A model generated the notes under the pieces. That model did no database searches and was not told where the DNA came from. It worked only from the letters and a program-made list of their open reading frames with translations. A stretch of 52,676 nucleotides of DNA from a virus (taxonomy: Duplodnaviria; Caudoviricetes), in IMG/VR virus record IMGVR_UViG_3300043384_000025, positions 1 to 52,676 of that record. One strand, given 5' to 3'. Below are positions 34,949 through 45,093 of the stretch, piece after piece. Both the position numbers and the translations under genes were made by a program. Every line of letters starts with the position of its first letter. Positions within the stretch are counted from its first letter, which is position 1.

Positions 34949-35650
34949 TCAGGGCGTGAAGTGCAGCACGGTGGCACCACTCCAGGTGCCGCCCTGGTTG
35001 TCCCACTCGCGCGGCGTCACGCCGTCGTCGAGCACGATCGGCCAATCCCAGAGCCGTCCCGCGTCCAGGACGGCGATGTCCGAGCACGTCGCGTGCGCGC
35101 TCTTCCATCGGCGCACCGTGCGGCGAAGGAGCTCGACGCGCGGGTCGCTGTCGCTCGGGTCCACGCCCCACGGGTTCGCCGGAAGGAACACGACGAACTT
35201 CGACCAGAAGAACGAGGCGCCGCAGGCCCAACTCTCGGCCGGCAGGACCGTCGTCACGAGCGCGCCGCCGGAGCCGAGCGAGAACGCGAGGCCATTCGCG
35301 ATGGCGACGATCGCGGTCGTGTAGCCCAGGTCGCGCAGGGCCGTGAGCAGCCCGAGCGCCGTCCCACCGAAGCGCCAGAGGTTCCAGGCGTCGACGAGGC
35401 GAGCGGCGTACGTCCTGTCCGTGTCCCCGGGTGCGCGCTCGAGCACGCGCTCGTCGCCCAGGCCGGCGAGACCGTCGCTGGGGGCGCGGCTCGCGAACCG
35501 GAGCTTCACGGCGGCCTTGAGGCGCTCGAGGGTCGCATCCTTGAGCGCGCCCATGCCACCGAGCCACGCGGCACCCTTCGGCTTGAGCAACCACGCCGGG
35601 CTGTTCTCGCCGCTCTGCAGGAGCTCCTTGTAGGTCGCGAAGTCGCTCAC
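34949..35650 (-). CDS. Baseplate/tail protein (gpI-like)
   Basis: LGDERVLERAPGDTDRTYAARL...VRRWKSAH; follows gpJ. Confidence 0.7.
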   Translation of the reverse strand: MSDFATYKELLQSGENSPAWLLKPKGAAWLGGMGALKDATLERLKAAVKLRFASRAPSDGLAGLGDERVLERAPGDTDRTYAARLVDAWNLWRFGGTALGLLTALRDLGYTTAIVAIANGLAFSLGSGGALVTTVLPAESWACGASFFWSKFVVFLPANPWGVDPSDSDPRVELLRRTVRRWKSAHATCSDIAVLDAGRLWDWPIVLDDGVTPREWDNQGGTWSGATVLHFTP

Positions 35651-35652
35651 AG

Positions 35653-37371
35653 CTACGTCTCCACCCAGTTCACGCCGGTGAGGTCGAAGAGCGGCGTCGC
35701 CGTCGAGCCCAGCGTCACGTCGGCCCCGGGCGCGCTCAAGGCCACGTCGACGACGAGCGCCTGGTTGCTCCCGCCGGTGAAGCAGCCGACGAGCACGTCG
35801 AGCGAGACGATCCCGACGCCGCCGACGAGGTTGCCTCCGATCGGCGTCGCCGCCTGATACTCCGCGAGCGCCTTGAGCGCGGTGGCCTGGGCGCGCCCGA
35901 GCTGGCCCGCCTTCACGTAGATGGCCCCGACGAGCGCCACCACCGTGCTCGTGGCCGACTGGACGAGCAGCGTGCACGTGAGGCCCACAAGCGGCTGGAG
36001 GTACGCGTCGACGGCCGCGACGACGTCGGAGGAGACCGCACCGCCCGGGCCGCCGAGCCAGACCTCGATTCGGCCGGCCACGGTGGGCGAGGCACGCGAC
36101 AGGACCTTCGTGACCTGGGCGCTTGCCTGCTGGGCCCAGGCCTCGTACGCCGCATTCGGCTCGCCGACCCCGAGCGTCGCCCACTTCTTCCGGCAGCGAG
36201 CCTTGACGGAGTCGTCGCTCTCGCGGTCGACGCCGGTTTGGGAGAGCCACGAGACGGAGGCGTTGAAGTGGAAGCTATCCGCGACCTGGTACGTCCCGGC
36301 GGCGAACGTGAGCACGAGCCCGGTCGCGCCGATGGTGTAGCCGCCGCCGCCTGGCACGGTGACGCCGGTGGTCCACGTCGTGCCGGAGTTGAGCGTGAAC
36401 TTGAAGACCGCGGCGCCGAGCGCGCCGCCGGTGGTGATGACGACCTGCACGTCGTAGTCGCCGCCGAGCGTGCCCGAGATCGCCGCGGTGACGTCGGGCG
36501 CGCCGGAGCGGCTCTTCGTGACGGCGGAGACGCGCGACGGGTTCGCGATCGTGACACCGGGGATCGGGGTGAGGAGCGCGGTGATCCCGCCGTTGCCGAG
36601 GTTCCACGCGGCGCCCGGGTTCTCAGCCTGGAAGGTCAGCGGGAGCGAGCCGTTCAGCGGCAGCGTCCCGCCGCCGAGGTTGCTGAACTGGAGCGCACCG
36701 CCGCCGCTGGGCCCGGCCCACAGCTGCCCTGGCTGGATCGTGACCGGCCCGGCGCCTGCGGTGTCGGTCAGCACGCACCGGCCCTGGGCGAAGATCGGAT
36801 CGTGGCGCGGCTCGTCGAAGACGTCCTTGGCGTGGAGGTCGACCCAGCCGCCGGCCGCGTCCTTCAGGTACGCGCCCTGGGCGATGGCCGCGATCGACTC
36901 GTCTGCGTCGGCGGCCGCACCGGTCTCGAGGTCCATGAGCCGCTTCGGGACCGTCTCGTCCTGCCAGGCGGACGCGTCGAAGACCGGCGTCGCGACCTGG
37001 AAGGCGTACGTGTCGCCCTCGGCGAACGATGGCGCACCGTCGCCAGCGACGAAGACCACGCGCGCGCCGGTCGTGCCGATGGCGACCGCGCCTGCGGGGA
37101 TCGTGGCCGGAGGAGCGAAGTTCACGCCGCCGTCGAGGCTGAGCTCGTAGGCCGAGGTCCCGTCGTTCGGCTCGCCGCCGGTGGAGATCGCGATCACGAT
37201 CGCAGCCGTCGCCTGCGCGACGCCGGAGAGGAGGAGGCTGCCGGTCCCATCCCCGAGACCGGTCAGCCCTCCGTCCTGCGTGACGATGCCGATCCCCTGG
37301 AGGCCACGGATCCGGTCGGCGAGGATCGCGTCCTGCGTCCGTGGCGTCGTGAGGTCGGCGTAGGTCTTCAT
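35653..37371 (-). CDS. Baseplate J-like protein with inserted beta domains
   Basis: AENPGAAWN, GVDRESDDSVKAR, AYEAWA. Confidence 0.82.
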   Translation of the reverse strand: MKTYADLTTPRTQDAILADRIRGLQGIGIVTQDGGLTGLGDGTGSLLLSGVAQATAAIVIAISTGGEPNDGTSAYELSLDGGVNFAPPATIPAGAVAIGTTGARVVFVAGDGAPSFAEGDTYAFQVATPVFDASAWQDETVPKRLMDLETGAAADADESIAAIAQGAYLKDAAGGWVDLHAKDVFDEPRHDPIFAQGRCVLTDTAGAGPVTIQPGQLWAGPSGGGALQFSNLGGGTLPLNGSLPLTFQAENPGAAWNLGNGGITALLTPIPGVTIANPSRVSAVTKSRSGAPDVTAAISGTLGGDYDVQVVITTGGALGAAVFKFTLNSGTTWTTGVTVPGGGGYTIGATGLVLTFAAGTYQVADSFHFNASVSWLSQTGVDRESDDSVKARCRKKWATLGVGEPNAAYEAWAQQASAQVTKVLSRASPTVAGRIEVWLGGPGGAVSSDVVAAVDAYLQPLVGLTCTLLVQSATSTVVALVGAIYVKAGQLGRAQATALKALAEYQAATPIGGNLVGGVGIVSLDVLVGCFTGGSNQALVVDVALSAPGADVTLGSTATPLFDLTGVNWVET

Positions 37372-37381
37372 GGTGACGCGG

Positions 37382-38494
37382 TCAGGCCTCGGTGAGGAGT
37401 TGGACGCCAAGCTTCGTGACGCTCAGGGTCTTCTTGAAGGGCCCCTCGGCGAGGGGCAGATAGATGGCCACGAGGAGCTCGGAGCGCGAGGGCTGCGTGA
37501 CCTGGACGGTCGCATCCTGGACCCGCTCATCGGCGAGGCAGCGCGACTTGATCGTTTCCTCGAGATTGTAGAGGTCCGCGCCGCTGAGCTCGGCGTTGAG
37601 GTAGCTTCGGATGTCCACGCCGATCTGCGCGTCCTCGAGCGAGCGAGCGATGGCCTGGATCACGGCTTCGGCGCCGCCGATGCGCGTGCTCCAGTCGAGG
37701 TCAGGATAGCTGTTGAAGTCGGTCCCGTAGTCGGTCGTCGGCACGGGCGCCGCGCGCCTGGGGCGGGTGCCAGTGCGACCAACCGGTGGAGATGGTGCCG
37801 GGTGCGTCGGCGGGCCTGCGGCAGCGCTTGCGGCGATGGCCTCGGGCGCCAGGGCGACGTCGTGCACTTCGAGGCTTCCGATCGTGCAGTCCACCCGCCC
37901 ACCGCATGGCCCGTATTGCGAGTAATCCGTGAACGCCCCGCCGAGCATCCAATCGCCGTGGCCGCTGTAATCGATGGATCCGCAATCGTCGCCGCTGCGT
38001 TCCACGCCGTTGACGTACACGGATATATGGCCATTATTGACCGCGACTGAATAGAGCACCCACTCGTGCAGCGGCACGTTGACGGTCAGCTGGTTGCCGG
38101 CAACATGAACAATCAGTGACACGCTTGTGGGATCTATTCCGGGGCTACCTTCGCCAACCTCCAGAGCAAGTGTGTAAAACACGTCCCACTGTGACAAAGG
38201 GCGCTGCCCGTTCGCCTTCAGGACCAGGTACTTCTGCCCAGGATAAAGCGACTCAATTCGGACCCACAATTGGATCGTCAACAAAGCCGGTTCTATCGTG
38301 GCGTCGCCGATCAGCGTGTAGCTGGCCCCGGCGCCGGTCTGCGGCGTGCCGGGCGCGATGTGCAGGCCTTCCGCGTCCCGCACCGGCTCCTGCGTCCCGT
38401 ATTCCGTCGTCACGTCCCAGGCGCCGCCGGCCGTCCCGGTGTTCGCGTATGGCGCGTGTGCCTCCTGGAAGAGCACGTTGAACAGAGCGGCCAT
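37382..38494 (-). CDS. LamG domain fused to gp25/gpW-like baseplate wedge domain
   Basis: TIQLWVR...ISVYVNG...LGG...IGSLEVHDVAL, Pro-rich linker, then YGTD...CLADERVQDATV. Confidence 0.7.
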   Translation of the reverse strand: MAALFNVLFQEAHAPYANTGTAGGAWDVTTEYGTQEPVRDAEGLHIAPGTPQTGAGASYTLIGDATIEPALLTIQLWVRIESLYPGQKYLVLKANGQRPLSQWDVFYTLALEVGEGSPGIDPTSVSLIVHVAGNQLTVNVPLHEWVLYSVAVNNGHISVYVNGVERSGDDCGSIDYSGHGDWMLGGAFTDYSQYGPCGGRVDCTIGSLEVHDVALAPEAIAASAAAGPPTHPAPSPPVGRTGTRPRRAAPVPTTDYGTDFNSYPDLDWSTRIGGAEAVIQAIARSLEDAQIGVDIRSYLNAELSGADLYNLEETIKSRCLADERVQDATVQVTQPSRSELLVAIYLPLAEGPFKKTLSVTKLGVQLLTEA

Positions 38495-38496
38495 GG

Positions 38497-38712
38497 CTAG
38501 GTGATCGTCCCCGTGACAGCCCCGCCGGTCGCGGACGAGCCGACCACGACCGCCGACGTCGTCATGTGAGCCACGAACGCGCCCGCCATCGCATCGGTGA
38601 GGGCCCTGAGCCACGCATCCTGTTCTTCGGAGAGCGGCGAGCTTAACCCGGAATTCGGATTTGCCTTCCACCTTGCCAAGGCGTCGGCGGAAAGGACCGC
38701 TGCGTTCATCAT
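38497..38712 (-). CDS. Small baseplate spike-tip-like protein
   Basis: Follows the hub/spike gene; ends GAVTGTIT. Confidence 0.55.
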   Translation of the reverse strand: MMNAAVLSADALARWKANPNSGLSSPLSEEQDAWLRALTDAMAGAFVAHMTTSAVVVGSSATGGAVTGTIT

Positions 38713-39869
38713 CAGGCCGCCCTCCCCTTGACCACGAGTCCTTTGCAGATCACCGGGTACGGCCCCGCGGTGTCGCCCTGGAGCGCCACCGCCAGAGCCG
38801 CACCGTCGCCGCCAAGCTTGATCGCGCCGCCCGCGCCGACGTCGAGGCTCACGGTCCCGCCGGCGCCGGCGATGACCCTGATTAGGCCGGCCGCTCCCGC
38901 GGTGATCGTGAGCTCCTGGAGCGAGCCGGGATCGAAGAGCCCAGCCGCAGGCCTCCCTGGGTCGCCGTCCTCGAAGCGCACCAAGACGAACGCGCCCGCG
39001 ACGACCTTCACCTGGACGCCCGGCAGCCCGTTGCGGATCGGCACCCGCGTCAGGCCGGGTAACCGCGGGCTCTGCGGCACGAGCTCGAGCGTGCCGTCCG
39101 AGTTCTGCTTGACGACCTTCGCGCGAACCTCAGAGAAGAAGTCGTACGGCGCCGCGACCCGCTCGACGATCGCCCGAAGCGCGCGGGTCTGGCGGTCCTC
39201 GGAGGCCGGGCCGGCGTCGTCGCGGTCGTAGAACACGACGGTCCGCACCTCGCCGTCGCTGAACTGGTGCTCCACCGCGGACACCTTGCGGCCGGCGATC
39301 ACCGTGCCAGGGAGCAGCGTCGGCGCCTCGACACCCCAGGTCTCCGAGCTCGCGTGCGGGTCCTGCGCGATCGACTCGCCGGGGGCCTGCACTTCGCCCC
39401 ACCCCTCAAGGCCAACCCAGATCGATCCGTCGGGGAGCGCGCGCCAGAGGACCCCCAGGCGGTCGCAGAGCATCGCGAGCGCGTCGCCGACGGCGGCCTC
39501 GATCTGGCAATAGTCGAGCTGTCGCGCGAGCACCGCGGCGTTTGAGCTCGCTGCCAGCCGCTCGCCGCCCGCGGAGAGGATGTCCGTGAGAATCTGCTTC
39601 ACCGAGATCGCCCTGTAGAACTTCGGCGCCACCGTGCGCGTGAGCCCGCCGGCGCCACCAATCACCCTGAGCACCGCGCTCTCCATGAAGACGCCGCTGC
39701 GCGCCGCAGTGCCCACGAGCTCGAGCGCCCCGTCGCCGAGGGACAACGTCACCGCGCCCTCGATCGCCGCGCCCTGGTCGAGGGACAAGTCGGCGATCCA
39801 GAGGCCGACGCGCTGTAAGCGCACGGTGCCCCGGATGACCGGGACGTTGTTGATCTCGGCGACGCTCAA
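38712..39869 (-). CDS. Baseplate hub/spike protein (gpD plus gpV-like)
   Basis: C-terminal OB-fold-like VLVRFEDGDPGRP and beta-repeat tail; synteny. Confidence 0.7.
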   Translation of the reverse strand: MSVAEINNVPVIRGTVRLQRVGLWIADLSLDQGAAIEGAVTLSLGDGALELVGTAARSGVFMESAVLRVIGGAGGLTRTVAPKFYRAISVKQILTDILSAGGERLAASSNAAVLARQLDYCQIEAAVGDALAMLCDRLGVLWRALPDGSIWVGLEGWGEVQAPGESIAQDPHASSETWGVEAPTLLPGTVIAGRKVSAVEHQFSDGEVRTVVFYDRDDAGPASEDRQTRALRAIVERVAAPYDFFSEVRAKVVKQNSDGTLELVPQSPRLPGLTRVPIRNGLPGVQVKVVAGAFVLVRFEDGDPGRPAAGLFDPGSLQELTITAGAAGLIRVIAGAGGTVSLDVGAGGAIKLGGDGAALAVALQGDTAGPYPVICKGLVVKGRAA

Positions 39870-40444
39870 TCGGGCCCCGTGTTCGTCTTGCTCGGCGCGT
39901 TCGTCTTGCCGACGGCCTTCGGCGCGTAGCCGTTGCCGCCCTTCTCGAAGTTCTTGACGTCCTTCTTCGGCGTGCCGCTGCCGGCGGTCTTCGTTGGCGC
40001 CCTGAGCTCGAGCGCCTCGAGCTCGACCTCGAAGGTCCCGACGACGCTACCGGGATGGGGCACGCCGACACGGGTGAAGTAGACGCTCCGGATCCCCAAG
40101 GAATTGAGGGCCGGATGGGAGATGGGCAACGCCTGGAGCTGGCCGGTCGGAAGAAGCGCCTGGAGTGTGGCGCGCGCTTTGACGAAGGAGTCCCATTCCG
40201 ATTGCGAGGTGAGCACCAAGGTGATCGTGAATTGGGCGAGCTCGCGTCCGAGATCCGTGAAGGTCGCGCCGTCCTTGCCTGGGCACTTCTTGATGTCGAT
40301 CCGGTGCTCGAGTCCCTTGCCATGCACGCGGGCGAGGCCGGGCAATGGCTGGGGCGGCAACGGGCCGAGGCCGACGCTCACGGTGTCCCATTCGCTGAGC
40401 TTGTCGAGCGGCTCGTCGCTCGCGGTACCCCAGACGGCGCCCAT
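39866..40444 (-). CDS. Tail tube initiator-like protein
   Basis: Directly after the tape measure gene; ISHPAL..LGI motif. Confidence 0.6.
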   Translation of the reverse strand: MGAVWGTASDEPLDKLSEWDTVSVGLGPLPPQPLPGLARVHGKGLEHRIDIKKCPGKDGATFTDLGRELAQFTITLVLTSQSEWDSFVKARATLQALLPTGQLQALPISHPALNSLGIRSVYFTRVGVPHPGSVVGTFEVELEALELRAPTKTAGSGTPKKDVKNFEKGGNGYAPKAVGKTNAPSKTNTGPD

Positions 40445-40446
40445 GG

Positions 40447-42180
40447 CTACCGGATCCCGCCGCCGGCCATCGCGAGATTCTCGATCGTGGCGAGCTGCGC
40501 GCCTTGCTGGGCGCCTTGCTTTGCGGCCTGCCGGACGACTTGCGGATCCGCCGGGCCATTGAATGTCATCGTCTGCTCGATCGTCGGGCTGTAGACGGGG
40601 CTGTTCTGCTGGCCAGCGAGGGCCGCCGCGGTCGTGGAGGGCACCGGCAGCGGAAGCCGCACCGTATCCTCACCGGCCGTCGCCCGGTCCATGGCAAGAC
40701 GCGCCTGGAATTGCTGCTCGACGTCCTCCGGCGCAAGCCACAGCCCGGTCACAGGGTCGGTCACATGGACGCCGGTTTCGACCTGGGCCTTCCCAGCCGC
40801 CATGCGGTAGGCGAACTTCCCGACCTGGTCGAGGCCTTCGCCGCCGAGCTCGGCGAGCTTGCCCACGAGCCCCAAGAGCTTCGCGGCGCCGCGCACCGAC
40901 TTCCCGATCGAGTCGCCGAGCTTCTCGAATTCCTCGGACAGGAGCTTCGCCTTGGCCGCGTCCATCGGCCCACTGCTCAGCGCGGCGAGCGCGGGATCAA
41001 GGTTCTTGAAGAGACCCTTTGCGAGGCCGCCGGCGGCGTAGCCGAGGCCGTCGATCGCGCCGGCAATGCTCTTGACCATGCCCTCGACGCCGGGCAATCC
41101 GTCGGGCCCCGAGAGGTCGCCGAAGACGCCGGTCATCAGATGATCGAAGGCCGAGCCAATCGATTCCTTGAGCGCTTTGCCGCTCGCGCTCGTCGAGTCC
41201 ATCGCGCCGTTCATGTTGCGCAGGAACCCGATCCACTTCCCGAAGCCCTTCGTGTCCCAGAGGTTCGCGAAGTTTTCCTCCCAACTCTCCTTGATCTTCC
41301 CGAGCAGCCGATCGGAACTCTCGCCGACGGCGGTCTCACCGGCGCTGCCGAGCATGCCGCCGGATCTCTTGTAATTCACGCCGCCCACGATGGCCCAGAG
41401 CCCTTCGTTCGCGTTGATATCGCCGGCCTTGACCATCTCCCTTGCCCGGCCGGCCGTGACGTGGAGGTCTTTCGCGAGGACCTCGTAGACAGACGCGGAG
41501 TCGACACCGACGTCGCGCAGGGCCCGCATGGTCTTCTCGGACAGCTTGCCGTCCGCGTTGATCCTGCGCAGGGCGCCGACGGCTTTGTCGATCGACTCCT
41601 CGCTCGCGCCGGTTGCGGCCGCGGCATCGCCGATCGCGCGAAGGTAGGTCGGCACGTCCTCGGCCGCGAAACCGCCGGCGAGGAGCTTGCGGCCGAGGGA
41701 CGTCGCCTGGGAGCCGCTGAAGACGCTCTTGTGCGCGGCGCCCTCGAGATCCTCCATGAGCTTCTTGGCCTTCTCCTCGTCGCCGATCATCGTGCGGAAG
41801 GACAGGAAGTCGCGTTGCTTCCCGCCAGCGAGGGCGATCGACTCCTTGCCCCAGTCGTAGATGTGCTCGGCCACGACCTTCGCCGCCTCGGCGAGCTCCT
41901 TGACCAGGTGCACCCCGTGGTCGAGTCGCTCGACCCAGCGCCCCGCGTGCTCCTCCTGCCTCTCGGTCTGGACCGCGATCTGCGTTTCAATCTTCGCGAG
42001 GCCCAGTGAATTGATCCGCGACGCGAGCCGCTTCTGCATCGCAGGGTCGGATGCCTCCTTCTCGGCCTTCGCGAGGCCCTTCATGCGCTGCTCGAGCTGC
42101 TCGAGGCGCTTCTCGGCCTTCTCGGCCGGGCCGCTCATCTTGTCCTCGAGCGAGAGGAGCCACTCCATGCCCTTCGCCAC
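40447..42180 (-). CDS. Tail tape measure protein
   Basis: LEDKMSGPA N-terminus, LRAIGDAAAA repeat, helical Ala/Gly-rich; synteny. Confidence 0.88.
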   Translation of the reverse strand: MAKGMEWLLSLEDKMSGPAEKAEKRLEQLEQRMKGLAKAEKEASDPAMQKRLASRINSLGLAKIETQIAVQTERQEEHAGRWVERLDHGVHLVKELAEAAKVVAEHIYDWGKESIALAGGKQRDFLSFRTMIGDEEKAKKLMEDLEGAAHKSVFSGSQATSLGRKLLAGGFAAEDVPTYLRAIGDAAAATGASEESIDKAVGALRRINADGKLSEKTMRALRDVGVDSASVYEVLAKDLHVTAGRAREMVKAGDINANEGLWAIVGGVNYKRSGGMLGSAGETAVGESSDRLLGKIKESWEENFANLWDTKGFGKWIGFLRNMNGAMDSTSASGKALKESIGSAFDHLMTGVFGDLSGPDGLPGVEGMVKSIAGAIDGLGYAAGGLAKGLFKNLDPALAALSSGPMDAAKAKLLSEEFEKLGDSIGKSVRGAAKLLGLVGKLAELGGEGLDQVGKFAYRMAAGKAQVETGVHVTDPVTGLWLAPEDVEQQFQARLAMDRATAGEDTVRLPLPVPSTTAAALAGQQNSPVYSPTIEQTMTFNGPADPQVVRQAAKQGAQQGAQLATIENLAMAGGGIR

Positions 42181-42183
42181 AAG

Positions 42184-42342
42184 TCACCCCTTGGCGCCCC
42201 AGACGGCGCGGAACAACAAGAGCCCCTCGGCCAAGAGGAGCGCGCCGGTATGCGCCTCGTCGCTCTCGCCGCGGGCTGCAAAGCTCTCCAGGCAGTCGGC
42301 CGCGTAATCGACATCCACGTGGGCGCGGCTCAGGTTTTTTTT
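42184..42342 (-). other. Programmed -1 frameshift site and gpGT-like extension
   Basis: GTA AAA AAA ACC TGA (A8 run 42342-42335). The -1 frame is open for 50 codons to TGA at 42184, just before the tape measure start. Confidence 0.8.
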
Positions 42343-42686
42343 ACCGTCGCGTCCTCAGCCCCGGAGACCTTGTCCCAGAGAGCCGCGCCGAAAGAATCGG
42401 CGAGCGCCGGCATTCGATTGAGGGTCGCCTCGAAGGTCTTCGGGTCCGGGTACACGAGGCACGCGACGAAGAGGCTCTCGAGGGAGCCCGCCCTGCGCGC
42501 GGGGTTCGAGTCGTAGCGCTCTGCCCGGAACTTGCGGTAGAGCGGGCGGGTCGGCGCACGGCAGACGACGCTGATCCCCGCGTCCTTCGCCTCGAGCAGA
42601 TATGCATCGCCGAACTTCGCCTTCGCCTCGTCGAGGGCCTGGCGCAGCTCCTCGGACGTGACCTCGCCTTCTTGCAGAATATCCAT
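42330..42686 (-). CDS. Tail assembly chaperone (gpG-like)
   Basis: Between tube and tape measure genes; GAGGAGG RBS; ends at the slippery site. Confidence 0.8.
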   Translation of the reverse strand: MDILQEGEVTSEELRQALDEAKAKFGDAYLLEAKDAGISVVCRAPTRPLYRKFRAERYDSNPARRAGSLESLFVACLVYPDPKTFEATLNRMPALADSFGAALWDKVSGAEDATVKKT

Positions 42687-42794
42687 CGCTTCCTCCTCGT
42701 GCGTGCTTGAATGAATCGAATGGCCCGCGTCCCGCCCGTGATACACGGGGGCGGCGCGCGGGCCTTAGGACCTCGGGACTATGCAGCGAAGGCG

Positions 42795-43307
42795 CTAGAT
42801 CGTGACGCCGAGCGAGAGCGAGACGCCGCCCGCGCTGTCGGAGCCGAGCCCGTCGAGGAAGTTCCCGTTGTTGTCCCCTTCGAGAATTTGCATGATGTCG
42901 AGCGGGAGCTTCACTGTGAGCCCCTCGGGCCCCTGGGAATGCGAATGCTCGGTCCCCTTGAGACGGCAGCCCTTCAGTTGGTCGGTGTACGTGAATGGGT
43001 TGTCCACCAGGTTCACGCCGTCCTCGTTCGAGTAGCTCACGGCGATGTCGAATTGGCGCTTCAAATACCCGTCGCCGAGCATCGTCAGGAGCGCCCGGTA
43101 GTCGTCCATCGCCAACTCGAGGTCGCCTTCCTGATCGGCCTCTCCGGAGGTCAGCCCGAGCACGCGCATGGATGTCCCGCGGACCTTGCCACGCTGAACG
43201 CTGGTCTTGTAGTTGATCGACTTGACGGCCGAGAAATGTTGCCCGTCGATCGACAGCTCGATCTCAGCCCAGCCCCAGGCGATGCCATTGACCAAAGGGT
43301 TGTCCAT
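42795..43307 (-). CDS. Tail tube protein
   Basis: NGIAWGWAEIEL...INY...RG; follows the sheath gene. Confidence 0.8.
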   Translation of the reverse strand: MDNPLVNGIAWGWAEIELSIDGQHFSAVKSINYKTSVQRGKVRGTSMRVLGLTSGEADQEGDLELAMDDYRALLTMLGDGYLKRQFDIAVSYSNEDGVNLVDNPFTYTDQLKGCRLKGTEHSHSQGPEGLTVKLPLDIMQILEGDNNGNFLDGLGSDSAGGVSLSLGVTI

Positions 43308-43328
43308 TGTCGATCTCCCGCGCCGTCG

Positions 43329-45038
43329 CTACAGCTGCGGCACGTAGTGAAGAGTTGTGGTGATCGTCTTCGCGACCCCGAGCGGCTGCAGAGCGATGTC
43401 GGTCGTAAGATCGTGCGTCACGCTGATCTTCTCGGTGCGATCGATTCGCATGCGCAGCGCGTTGACTTGCCGGCCGTCGCTGCCGTTCAGGAGCGCCGCC
43501 TCGAGTTGGGAGCCGACCTTGGTCTCGATCGTGCGAGCCTCCGTTTCAGCGATCTCGCCGGTCTTCTTCAGCCGCAGGTCCGTGTTCAGGTACGGGATCA
43601 TCGCCGCGCGGTTGACGGTGCACGCGCGGTCCATGATCGCCCGGTACTGCGAGAGCGAGTAGTCGGAGCCCGCCGGCGCCATCATGTCGCCGTTCGTGTC
43701 GCTCGCGGCGTAGAAGCCCGGGAAGCCGACGATGGTTCTCAGCGTCGCGATCCGCCCGGCGCCGAAGCCCGGGGTCGCGGCCTCGTCGCGGTAGAGCGCC
43801 GAGATGCCCTTGAGCGAACCCAGCTTCACCTTGCCCAGGTCCTCGTGGATCTTGAGCTTGCCTCGCCATGCCGCGAGCGGCCAGGCGTCGGGGCGCTTCG
43901 CGATCCCGCGGCCGGCTTGCGAGGTCGATGAGGCGAGGTCGCAGTATCCGCCCGCGTACATGACCCGCGTGCTCGCGAGGGCCGCGGTCGCCTTGAGCAA
44001 GAGAGCGTCGCTCGCGTCGGGCAGCTCGAGGACCGCGCCGACGTAGCGAAAGGACTCCTCGGCGGCCGAGAGCTTCGCGGCGACGGCCGCGAAGAGAGCG
44101 CCGATCCCGCCGTAGGTGCCGAACGAGTAGGTGTCGCTGATGACGTACGTCCCGGCGGCGAAGTTGAGGGTGAGCCCGGTGCCGGTGATCACGTAGGTCG
44201 GCGTGCCCGAGCTCGTCGTCTGCTCGGCGCCGTAGGTCACGCCGTTGTCGATCGACACCTCAAACTTGGCCGTGCCGAGCGTGCCGCCCAAGGTCATCTT
44301 CACGATCGCGTCGACGAATGCGGTCGGCGTCCCGGTGAGAGTGATCGCCGGCGCGCTGGGATTGCTCTTCGTGACCGCGCTCGAGCTGGGCGCTGGGGCG
44401 CCGACGACGTGCACCCAGCCCCAGGTCCTCGGGTCGGCCATGAGCGCGGTGAGCGCGTCGGTGATGTCGGAGAGCGTCGCGGCCGGCGCGGTGCAAGTGA
44501 AGGTGTACGTGTCATCCGCGACGAAGGTCCCCTCGGCGAAGGTGAGCACGATCCCGGTGCCAAGGATCTCGTAGCTCCCGGAGGTCGGTAGCGCGATCTC
44601 GGGCGAGGGCGTCGTCCCGCCATCGAGAGAGAAGGTGAAGGCCGCAGTCCCGGCCGCGAGGCTTGCGCCGGCGCGGGTGATCGTGACGATCACGTTGTAG
44701 CCGTCGAGCGGGTGCTTCGAGGAGGTCGTGATTGTGAGGACCGAGGTGCCCGTCCCGGTATGCGTCACGGCGCCGGCGGTGCCGACGACCGAGGTAGCCG
44801 CGGGGCACGTGATGATCTCGCCGCCGGCAACCGCTCGGTGGTACGCGCAGGCCTCGACGAGCGGGCCGTGCCCAAGGGCATCGAGCATCGCCTGCAGGTT
44901 GGGGCCGGCCCATGCGCTCACGGCCTTCGCAGCACCAGCGGAGCAGACGCCGATCTTCGCGAAGACCGAGGAGGTCGACGCGGGGACCGAGGCCATCCCG
45001 TAGTCCTGGACGCTTTGCCTCACTTCGGGAAGGGCCAT
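43329..45038 (-). CDS. Tail sheath protein (DUF2586-like)
   Basis: 569 aa; LGHGPL, TLRTIVGFPGFY, SDYSLSQYRAIMDRAC, PLGVAKTI. Confidence 0.85.
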   Translation of the reverse strand: MALPEVRQSVQDYGMASVPASTSSVFAKIGVCSAGAAKAVSAWAGPNLQAMLDALGHGPLVEACAYHRAVAGGEIITCPAATSVVGTAGAVTHTGTGTSVLTITTSSKHPLDGYNVIVTITRAGASLAAGTAAFTFSLDGGTTPSPEIALPTSGSYEILGTGIVLTFAEGTFVADDTYTFTCTAPAATLSDITDALTALMADPRTWGWVHVVGAPAPSSSAVTKSNPSAPAITLTGTPTAFVDAIVKMTLGGTLGTAKFEVSIDNGVTYGAEQTTSSGTPTYVITGTGLTLNFAAGTYVISDTYSFGTYGGIGALFAAVAAKLSAAEESFRYVGAVLELPDASDALLLKATAALASTRVMYAGGYCDLASSTSQAGRGIAKRPDAWPLAAWRGKLKIHEDLGKVKLGSLKGISALYRDEAATPGFGAGRIATLRTIVGFPGFYAASDTNGDMMAPAGSDYSLSQYRAIMDRACTVNRAAMIPYLNTDLRLKKTGEIAETEARTIETKVGSQLEAALLNGSDGRQVNALRMRIDRTEKISVTHDLTTDIALQPLGVAKTITTTLHYVPQL

Positions 45039-45093
45039 TGCGAGCTCCTGTGCGGGCGTAGTGCGACGCTAGGTGGACGGGGCAGCCTCGGCT

